Assembly: GCA_027319585.1 (NCBI GenBank)
Contig: DAHVMY010000005.1
Span: 1 to 58,098, forward strand
Length of the DNA stretch: 58,098 nucleotides
Source: Candidatus Dormiibacterota bacterium
Lineage (GTDB): Bacteria; Chloroflexota; Dormibacteria; Aeolococcales; Bog-877
Reading direction: 5' to 3'
The position numbers and the translations under genes were made by a program. Shown piece by piece: positions 51,054 through 58,098 of the stretch. A model generated the notes under the pieces. It saw nothing but the letters and a program-made list of their open reading frames with translations. It was not told the origin of the DNA and did not search any database. Within the stretch, counting starts at the first letter, position 1. Every line of letters starts with the position of its first letter.

Positions 51054-51964
51054 AGCGCACCTGGTCGCTGGGTGTGGGACGACATGGAGCGGGGTGGCTC
51101 GTGATGTGCACCAGCTCGTCCCCCGGCCGGAGCGTCCAGGAGCGGCTGCGGACGGTCTGCTCGGCGGCGATGCAGCCGGTCGGCTTCTCGGACGTCTCAT
51201 GGTTGGCCTGTCGAGCGCCGCGGGCGAGGAGCGAGCGCCAAGCCCCTCCCCACCAGCACATGGCCCTCCCATACCGGTGCCGGTCGTCGGGCGTCACTCC
51301 TCGTTCTGGCCCCGCGTGTCACCACTGATGCGGTCGAGCGGTACCGCTTGCCGCTCGACTCCCACAGCGGAAGCTTGAGACCCGATCCCGGCTATGTCTG
51401 GCTCGGTAGTCACGACTGTCACCTAGAGTGCTGGCCAGCGGCTCATGAAGTCGACCCCGGCGTCGGCCGCCTGAGCATCGCGGGGAAGTACGAGCTTCTC
51501 GTCCCGTCGGGACTCCAAGTGGTCGGATCAGGTGGCCGGAAACACATCCCCTGTGGTGGTGTCGCGAGCGAGCCCCAGCCCGAGGCTGAAGATGGGGTGG
51601 GGCGGGCCACCGTGCCACCGACCCTTGGCGGTTTCGGGACAGTGGACGTAAGGTGTCAGAGGCGTCGCGTCCATCAAGGTGTGCCCCCTCTGACCGTGAG
51701 GCGACAAAGATTCCGTGTTGTAGTCCGGAGGGGGAGCGGGACTCGCAAACCATGACGTGACTCGGGCTCCGGTGCCAATCGCCTCCGGTTCCGTGTCGCA
51801 GCGCATCCCAGTCCCCAGTGACCGGCAATGGGCCCCTGTCCCGGGGTACGAGCCGACTCGGCCGTCCCCACGCTAACCAGGGTGAATCTCGGGACTCGGA
51901 GCAGGACGGTCATCCACCCTCAGGGAAGTCGGGCGGCAGCACGCTTCCGTGGGGCCAGAATTGT

Positions 51965-51986
51965 CACAACATCTGTAGTGTATAAT
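51965..51986 (+). promoter_or_regulatory. TATAAT -10 with adjacent imperfect palindrome (probable autoregulatory operator)
   Basis: CACAACA-TC-TGTAGTG followed by TATAAT, 6 nt before GTG 51993. Confidence 0.55.
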
Positions 51987-51992
51987 TGTTGC

Positions 51993-52676
51993 GTGAACAC
52001 GACTGACACCTCTCTACGGGCACACCGGGCCCTCTCGGACTGGACTCGAGTCGCCCTGCTGGAGGAGCTCCGCAAGGCACCGTCACCGGTCGACGCTCAG
52101 GCCCTGGCAGATCGAGTGGGGATACACGTCAACACGGTGAGGTTCCACCTGGAGGTGTTGGGGCGCGCAGGCCTGGTCACGTCCGACATAGAGCGTCGGT
52201 CGCGCAGGGGCCGGCCCCGGCGGATCTGGCGAGCAGTCGAGAATGCGGGACCCGAGGCTGGATACCGGATGCTGGCCGAGGTGTTGTCGGACTATCTCTC
52301 GACCTCCACTCCGAGCGCCGAGATGACCGGGTTGGAGATCGGGACCCGGTGGGGCACCGAGCTCGTACATGAGGACGCTCCCGAGAGTCGAGGGGGCCTG
52401 CCCCGCGTTCTCGGGATGCTGGCGGATCTGGGATTCAGCCCCGAGCTGGAGGAGGCGGACGGGGGCGCGCGCATCAACCTTCACCGCTGCCCGTTTTTGG
52501 AGGTAGCCGCCGGAAACAGCCCGCTCATCTGCTCTGCGCACCTGGGCTTGCTGCGTGGAGCCCTGGCAGAGGTGGGGGCCCCGGTCACGGTCTCGGAGCT
52601 GCACCCGCTGGTGGAGCCGCACCTGTGCGTGGCCCATCTCACCAGCACTGATACGGCGACCATGGTGGGCGAGTGA
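51993..52676 (+). CDS. ArsR/SufR-like HTH regulator with C-terminal Cys/His sensor domain
   Basis: HVNTVRFHLEVL..GRP wHTH; CPF..C..H C-terminus. Confidence 0.85.
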   Translation: MNTTDTSLRAHRALSDWTRVALLEELRKAPSPVDAQALADRVGIHVNTVRFHLEVLGRAGLVTSDIERRSRRGRPRRIWRAVENAGPEAGYRMLAEVLSDYLSTSTPSAEMTGLEIGTRWGTELVHEDAPESRGGLPRVLGMLADLGFSPELEEADGGARINLHRCPFLEVAAGNSPLICSAHLGLLRGALAEVGAPVTVSELHPLVEPHLCVAHLTSTDTATMVGE

Positions 52677-53008
52677 TGGCACCCTCGCTCCCGGCCACCG
52701 TGGGAGACCAGGCCATCGAGCAAGAGGCCTGGCAACGACTCCAGGAGGTCTACGACCCCGAGTTGGGCATCGACCTCGTGAACCTGGGGCTGGTGTACGG
52801 ACTGGAGGTCCGCGACGGCACCCTTCTGGTGATCATGACCCTGACCACCCCGGGCTGTCCGATGGGGGGCAGCATCCCTGACCAGGTTCGGTTCCAGCTG
52901 GAGACGATCCCGGAAGTCCGCAAGGTGGACGTCGAGCTGGTGTGGCAACCGGCCTGGGAGCCGGAGATGATGAGTGCCACCGCCAAGCGGATCCTGGGCT
53001 GGAGCTGA
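52676..53008 (+). CDS. SufT/DUF59 metal-sulfur cluster assembly factor
   Basis: DPELG..NLGLVY..TLTTPGCP signature. Confidence 0.9.
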   Translation: MAPSLPATVGDQAIEQEAWQRLQEVYDPELGIDLVNLGLVYGLEVRDGTLLVIMTLTTPGCPMGGSIPDQVRFQLETIPEVRKVDVELVWQPAWEPEMMSATAKRILGWS

Positions 53009-53014
53009 GCTCGG

Positions 53015-53251
53015 ATGGCCCACCTGGACGTGCGCGGCCTGATGGCGAGGGGGGAGGAACCGTTCGCGGCGATCATGGCGGCGGTCGCCAGCCTTTCACC
53101 GGGAGAACCACTCGAGCTGGTGGCACCACTCGACCCGGTGCCCCTGTATTCGGTGATGGCATCCCGGGGATACGGCCACGAAACGGAGGACCTCGGAGAA
53201 GGCGACTTCCGTGTGATCTTCAGCCCCACCCAGGCGCGGCTCGATGGGTGA
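53015..53251 (+). CDS. DUF2249 domain protein
   Basis: LDVR..GEEPF..I..AV..L..G..L.LVAP.DP.PLY. Confidence 0.82.
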   Translation: MAHLDVRGLMARGEEPFAAIMAAVASLSPGEPLELVAPLDPVPLYSVMASRGYGHETEDLGEGDFRVIFSPTQARLDG

Positions 53252-54140
53252 GATAGCAGCCACCGGAGTCGAGTTCATCTCATCTCAGAACGTCGGCTCC
53301 GGCACGGGGCCGGTCGCCCGAACCCTGAGCGATGCTCCCTCGCACCGGGTGCTCCTACTGGAGCTGACGCCTGGGCAGGAACTGCCGCCTCACCGTCCGG
53401 CCAGCCAACTCATCCTCTGTGTCCTCAGGGGAACAGCCGAGCTGTTCACCGGGGATACGACTCGGTGGTTGCTGGCCGGCGAGGTGGCCACTGTACCGGC
53501 CGGTGTCGCGCGAGGGGTGCGTTGCCCTGCCGGCAGGCTGGTCGCGCTGGCCGTCGTCACCCCCCCTCCCGCCGCGGACGAGCACCTGCCGGATGCGACG
53601 CTCGCCTGGCCCGTGCTACCTCCTGGACCCGACCCCGCGAGCATCATTCGCACAGAGCACCGAGAGCTCATAGAGGGGGTCGACCGGCTGCGCGTTCTGG
53701 CCCAGCGGATCTCGGAGAGCGACGTCGATGGGCTCGGTGAGGAGGTCGCAGCCGTCATCAAGTTCCTGGACCATGACCTCCTCCCCCACGCGAGCGCAGA
53801 GGAGCGCCTCATCTACCCCCAGGTGGGACGGCTGCTGAGGGCTGAGGACGGAGCGACAGCGACCATGGAATACGATCACCGGCGAATCGAGGGACTGACG
53901 GCGGATCTTGGACGAGCGGCTGCGAGTCAGAACTGGAATGAGGCCCGCTGGCTGCTCCAGCAGCTGGCGACGACGGTTCAGCTGCACTTCGACAAGGAGG
54001 AGGAGCTGTACCTTCCCCTGCTCTCCCGGCTCGGTCCGGAAGAGCGCGTGGCGCTGGTGCGGAGCCTGGCCGGAGGCCATTCGAATGAGCCCACGCCGTC
54101 GCAACCGGCGGAAAGGGGCGAGGGCAAACAAGGGAGATGA
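53244..54140 (+). CDS. Cupin-hemerythrin (HHE) fusion protein
   Basis: N-terminal cupin (PGQELPPH, VPAGV); H, HxxxEE, H, HxxxEE di-iron motifs. Confidence 0.8.
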   Translation: MGEIAATGVEFISSQNVGSGTGPVARTLSDAPSHRVLLLELTPGQELPPHRPASQLILCVLRGTAELFTGDTTRWLLAGEVATVPAGVARGVRCPAGRLVALAVVTPPPAADEHLPDATLAWPVLPPGPDPASIIRTEHRELIEGVDRLRVLAQRISESDVDGLGEEVAAVIKFLDHDLLPHASAEERLIYPQVGRLLRAEDGATATMEYDHRRIEGLTADLGRAAASQNWNEARWLLQQLATTVQLHFDKEEELYLPLLSRLGPEERVALVRSLAGGHSNEPTPSQPAERGEGKQGR

Positions 54141-54143
54141 AAG

Positions 54144-54812
54144 GTGAATGAGCTGAATTTCGAAGTTACCACGCGGTGGTCCGGAACCGGCCGAGACGCA
54201 CTCGGCACTGTCGAGACCGGGAATCAGGTTGTGGCCTGGTCCGTCCCCGAGGGGATGGGGGGTCGAGGCGAGGGGAGCAGCCCGGAGGAGCTCCTGGCCA
54301 GCGCGGTCGCGACCTGTTACACCGGTACTCTGAGTTCGCTCCTGAATCGTGATGGCCTGCCCTGGGAACGGGTTCAGGTGAGGATGCGAGAGCAGGTGGA
54401 CGGCTCGCCGATGCGGATCTCGGAGCTCTTGGTGACCCCGGAGGTTCTCGGCGGCGACCCCGCCCGCCATGACGACTACCAGGCCGCCGCCAATCTCGCG
54501 CGGGAGCACTGTTTCATCGGTAAGCACCTGCGCTCCGACGTGGACTACCGGGTGGGCTCGGTGTCGGTCCAGCCTGCCGAATCGGCCCAGGACGAGCTGG
54601 ACGTCCGCTCCCTGGCTCCCGCCCAGCGTCACCAGGTGATCTTCTCCACCATTGACCGCCTGGAAGCCGGCAAGAGCCTCACCCTCGTCAATGACCACGA
54701 CCCTCTGCCGTTGCGCTACCAGCTCGAGGCCACCAGGGGCGACTCGTTCAGCTGGGATTACCTGGAGGAGGGCCCGAAGACGTGGAAGGTCCGGATCGGG
54801 CGACGGTCGTAG
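54144..54812 (+). CDS. OsmC-family domain fused to DUF2249
   Basis: SPEELLASAVATCY and HCFI OsmC cysteines; C-terminal LDVR..RH..IF..NDHDP.PL. Confidence 0.8.
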   Translation: MNELNFEVTTRWSGTGRDALGTVETGNQVVAWSVPEGMGGRGEGSSPEELLASAVATCYTGTLSSLLNRDGLPWERVQVRMREQVDGSPMRISELLVTPEVLGGDPARHDDYQAAANLAREHCFIGKHLRSDVDYRVGSVSVQPAESAQDELDVRSLAPAQRHQVIFSTIDRLEAGKSLTLVNDHDPLPLRYQLEATRGDSFSWDYLEEGPKTWKVRIGRRS

Positions 54813-54814
54813 CA

Positions 54815-55027
54815 ATGAGCTCCACCGGCAAACTCGCCAGGATCCTGGACCAGGCCTTGCGGGAACTCGGTGATGCGGGCGAGGTGGAGAGTGCCTGCCG
54901 GATGGCGGCCTCTGCCTACGCGCTCTTGGAGAAGTGGGACCCCGTGGCCGCGGAGCGATTCACCGGGACTCTCCACCACCTCACCTGCGGGTTGCCACGG
55001 GAAGGTCGCGGTGTCCGCGCCAGCTGA
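54815..55027 (+). CDS. Small helical hypothetical protein
   Basis: Fills the operon gap; coding-like; contains Cys and HH. Confidence 0.65.
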   Translation: MSSTGKLARILDQALRELGDAGEVESACRMAASAYALLEKWDPVAAERFTGTLHHLTCGLPREGRGVRAS

Positions 55028-55340
55028 GGTGGCGACCGTTCGGGTCCCCGCAACCGCCCTCCCCCAACCGGGACTCCTTCGGCTCGAATGCGCGGAGAAG
55101 GTGCTCTGCCTCGCCCGCACGGATGGTGGTCACTGGTACGCGATCGACGATACCTGCACCCATGAAGACTGCTCCCTGAGCGCGGGGGCACTTGAGGGAG
55201 AGACGGTGGAGTGTCCCTGCCATGGGTCCTGCTTTGACCTCGCCACCGGGAACGTGCTGAATCTCCCGGCGGTACTGCCGGTGCAAACCTACCCGACCGC
55301 ACTGGACCATGACGACATCGTCGTCGAAGTGGAGCAGTGA
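55011..55340 (+). CDS. Rieske [2Fe-2S] ferredoxin
   Basis: CTH and CPCHG motifs. Confidence 0.88.
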   Translation: MSAPAEVATVRVPATALPQPGLLRLECAEKVLCLARTDGGHWYAIDDTCTHEDCSLSAGALEGETVECPCHGSCFDLATGNVLNLPAVLPVQTYPTALDHDDIVVEVEQ

Positions 55341-55380
55341 CTTGTATGGGGGCTGAAGTCAGCCCTGAGGAGGATGGACG

Positions 55381-55680
55381 GTGACGTACGTGATCGGCGA
55401 GACGTGTATCGACGTAAAGGACAAGGCCTGCGTTGAGGTGTGTCCGGTCGATTGCATCATCGGGACTGATGAGGACCGCATGCTGTACATCAACCCCTTG
55501 GAGTGCATCGACTGTGGGGCCTGTGTGGACCCGTGTCCAGTCGATGCCATTTTCGCGGAAGAGGATCTGCCGCCGGCATGGAGCCAGTACACGGAGATCA
55601 ACGATCAGTACTTCAAGGACCCCGCCGCGGCCCGGGCCCGGGTGGAGGCCCTCAAGCCGCGGGTGGCGCAGGGGGCCTGA
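55381..55680 (+). CDS. fdxA: 7Fe dicluster ferredoxin
   Basis: CxxxxxxxCxxxCP and CIDCGACxxxCP; GAGGAGG RBS. Confidence 0.9.
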   Translation: MTYVIGETCIDVKDKACVEVCPVDCIIGTDEDRMLYINPLECIDCGACVDPCPVDAIFAEEDLPPAWSQYTEINDQYFKDPAAARARVEALKPRVAQGA

Positions 55681-55682
55681 GG

Positions 55683-56234
55683 ATGCCTCCCCGGACCGTG
55701 CCTGACGAAGCCCTCGGGGTGGCGGCAGAACCTCTTACCGGGCAAGCGCAGAGCCAGAACTGCAATGAGCGCCTGGAAATCTCCATTGCGCTTGGACCGA
55801 TCGAGCCACGCGAGGCGACCACCATCCTGGAGGCTCTGGCGCGCTTGACCCAGGGCGCATCGTGGAGCCGGATCCAGCCGGCCCTACTCGCCTCCCAGGC
55901 GACCGTTCGGTCGCACCTGATTGTTCACCGGTTGGTCGCAGCGGCAGCCAACCAGGCCAGCTGCACGGCCCGGGCCAAGCAGGCCGACACTGTCGACGTG
56001 CGCTTCCTGGCCAGTGGGATCCGCCCCATCCGCGAGCTCGAGGAGACCCTGCGGATGCTGCGAACACCGTTCTCCATGACGGTCACGTCCACCGACCCGG
56101 ATTCGGGCCGGCTGAGGGCATGCTGGGATCTCGGGTGGGACGAGCCAACCGTGCTCATCCTGGGCGAGACTCCCCGTGACCGTCACGCTCGGTCGGAGCT
56201 CTGGGAATGCATGGAGCAGCTGGTTGGGGGCTGA
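55683..56234 (+). CDS. Hypothetical protein
   Basis: 183-aa ORF filling the operon; no recognisable motif. Confidence 0.5.
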   Translation: MPPRTVPDEALGVAAEPLTGQAQSQNCNERLEISIALGPIEPREATTILEALARLTQGASWSRIQPALLASQATVRSHLIVHRLVAAAANQASCTARAKQADTVDVRFLASGIRPIRELEETLRMLRTPFSMTVTSTDPDSGRLRACWDLGWDEPTVLILGETPRDRHARSELWECMEQLVGG

Positions 56235-56267
56235 TACGAGCGCCCTCGCGTAGCCGGAGTCAATGCT

Positions 56268-56720
56268 CTGAGCACGCTGCTGTGGACGCTTCTGGTCCTG
56301 GTTCATGTTCTGGCCGCCAGCTTTTGGGTGGGGGGCCAGCTGATGCTGGTCGTGGTGGTCATGCCAGTGCTGCGGAGTGGCGGGTCACCGGCGCTGGTGC
56401 GAGAGCTGGCCAGTGCCGCGGGACGGCGCTTCGCGGCCGTGACCAACTGGGTGCTTCTGCCTGTTTTGGTCGTCAGCGGGATTGCCCTCGCTGCCCTGAA
56501 CGGAGTGCGCCTCGACAACCTGACCACCACCGCTTTCGGAAGGGTTCTGCTGGTGAAGGCAGCCCTGGTGGGGGGTGTCTTCGCCCTGGCGTCAGTCCAC
56601 GGACTGGTGGCACATCGGTTGCCCAGAAACCGCACCCGACTTCTGGCGGCCGTGACCCTGTTCGGCTCAATCGCAATCCTTGGACTTGGGGCCACGCTCG
56701 CCGTCATCCCCGGCCCCTGA
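56268..56720 (+). CDS. CopD-like membrane protein (probable CTG start)
   Basis: LLVLVHVLAASFWVGG, SG..LA, FGRVLLVK motifs; TM1 lies upstream of the first GTG. Confidence 0.75.
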   Translation: MSTLLWTLLVLVHVLAASFWVGGQLMLVVVVMPVLRSGGSPALVRELASAAGRRFAAVTNWVLLPVLVVSGIALAALNGVRLDNLTTTAFGRVLLVKAALVGGVFALASVHGLVAHRLPRNRTRLLAAVTLFGSIAILGLGATLAVIPGP

Positions 56721-57998
56721 AAGGCCCGAGGTCTGCCGAGCCCCCGCGGGGGCTGGAGGTATCAGGCCGGCGGCACGCCGCCAGGCCAGGTAGTGCCAGA
56801 TCCAATTGATCAGGACCGAGGCACGGTTGCGGACCCCGAGGAGCTCCACTAGGTGCAGCGCCAGCCAGGCGAGCCAGGCCGCCGTGCCGGTGAGCCTGAG
56901 TCCGCCTCGAAGCTGCGCCACCGCCGCGCGTCGGCCGATGGTGGCCATCGTCCCTCGGTCGCGATACCGAAACGGCCGCGGCCGCTGGCCAGAGCGCATC
57001 CTCTGGAGCTGTCGTACCGCGTGCCGACCGGCCTGAATCGCCGGCTGCGCAAGCTGCGGCAGTTCAGCCGCACCGGCTCGCGCTCCGGACACGTCTCCCA
57101 GCGCAAGGACCTCCGGGCGACCTGGAAGTTGCAGGGACGGGTTGACTAGCAACCGCCCCGACGTGGTACGAGCCAGGCCTCGCAGCAACGTGGAGTCGGA
57201 CACCTCCACTCCGGCCGACCAGACCAGCAGCTCCACGGGTCTCGGCCCGGAGTCGAGAAGAACCTCACCCTCGCGCACCTGCCGCACGGCACCGCCAGTC
57301 ATCACTACGACCGAGCGCCGTTCCAGCGCCTCGGTTGCGTAGCGGGATAACGCCGGATGGAAGCTCGGGAGAAGCCGGGGAGCAGCTTCCAGGAGCTCGA
57401 TGCGGATGTCATCCCGGGCCAGTTCCGGGTAGTCCCTCCCCGCCAGGAGGTCACGGAGCTCCGCCAGTGCTCCGGCAGTCTCGACCCCGGTCGGCCCTCC
57501 TCCCACCACCACCAGGTGCACCGGACGGCGGTCAGACTCGGCAGCAGCTCGCTCCAGGGCATCAACGAGCCAAGTTCGCAGCCGGACCGCGTCCGCCAGG
57601 GTGTGGAGCGGAAGGCCGAAATTGGCTGCTCCGGGCACACCGAAGAACCTGGGGGTTGCTCCGGTGGCGAGCAGCAGGAAATCGTAGGGAAGGAGTCGCC
57701 CGCTGTCCAGCGTCACCAGCCGGCGGTCCCAGTCCACGGTCACCGCCGTGCCCTGGACGAATCTGCCCCGACCCATTCGGCGGAGCAGGCTGCGGATCGG
57801 AAAGGCGACATCCTCCACGTTGAGGCCACCGGTCGCGACCTGGTAGAGGAGTGGCTGGAAGGTCGTGTACGGCTGCCGTTCCACCAGCCAGGCATCCCAG
57901 CCCTGCTTGGCCAGCTCCCCCATCGCTGCCAGACCGGCGAACCCCGCGCCGATCACGACCACCGTGGGAGGCCGTTCACGAGCCGGTGGAGACTTCAC
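56667..57998 (-). CDS. ndh: Type II NADH dehydrogenase-like FAD-dependent oxidoreductase
   Basis: GAGFAG, FQPLLYQVATG, GGGPTGVETAG, AQPAIQAG, GTMATIGR. Confidence 0.88.
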   Translation of the reverse strand: MKSPPARERPPTVVVIGAGFAGLAAMGELAKQGWDAWLVERQPYTTFQPLLYQVATGGLNVEDVAFPIRSLLRRMGRGRFVQGTAVTVDWDRRLVTLDSGRLLPYDFLLLATGATPRFFGVPGAANFGLPLHTLADAVRLRTWLVDALERAAAESDRRPVHLVVVGGGPTGVETAGALAELRDLLAGRDYPELARDDIRIELLEAAPRLLPSFHPALSRYATEALERRSVVVMTGGAVRQVREGEVLLDSGPRPVELLVWSAGVEVSDSTLLRGLARTTSGRLLVNPSLQLPGRPEVLALGDVSGARAGAAELPQLAQPAIQAGRHAVRQLQRMRSGQRPRPFRYRDRGTMATIGRRAAVAQLRGGLRLTGTAAWLAWLALHLVELLGVRNRASVLINWIWHYLAWRRAAGLIPPAPAGARQTSGLSGAGDDGERGPKSKDCD

Positions 57999-58098
57999 TG
58001 GGGTCTCAGGACAATCGGGGCGTCGAGGTCCCGGCTCGCCCGTCTGGTATGGAGGCGCGAGCGGCCGAACGCCGTATGGCTCGCGTTGGGAGGAGGGT

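Noticed and set aside
51319-51913. Several 80-170 aa ORFs in the post-fumC gap
   Set aside because: No motifs, poor codon bias, mutually overlapping
56232-56234. Selenocysteine recoding of the in-frame TGA
   Set aside because: No Cys-like motif context and no convincing SECIS hairpin

Overview
GC-rich bacterial chromosomal window with about 55 genes. Gene content and frequent apparently leaderless starts suggest a Terrabacteria lineage (Actinomycetota, Chloroflexota or Ca. Dormibacterota-like); this is inference only. I found no rRNA, tRNA, CRISPR array or transposase. Ordinary content: a TPP-riboswitch-controlled NCS1 permease-thiD operon, MarR-MMPL, aldo/keto reductases, a PAS-GGDEF-EAL protein, a 2-oxoacid:ferredoxin oxidoreductase, citrate synthase, an acetate cluster (satP, acs, LytS/LytTR, DUF485, ActP-like), a lipid operon and fumC. 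Most notable: (1) a fluoride (crcB-motif) riboswitch that appears to gate translation of a tandem pair of stand-alone MutS-ATPase genes with no fluoride exporter; (2) a 10-gene operon of SufR-like HTH, SufT/DUF59, DUF2249, cupin-hemerythrin, OsmC-DUF2249, a small helical protein, Rieske and 7Fe ferredoxins, an orphan and a CopD-like protein, which looks like an uncharacterised Fe-S repair or redox-stress system; (3) a triple LytTR box and promoter driving acs-satP; (4) an uncalled 51-aa membrane protein translationally coupled to citrate synthase; (5) a G9-tract frameshift in a D-2-hydroxyacid dehydrogenase. All calls come from reading motifs by eye; no searches were run.
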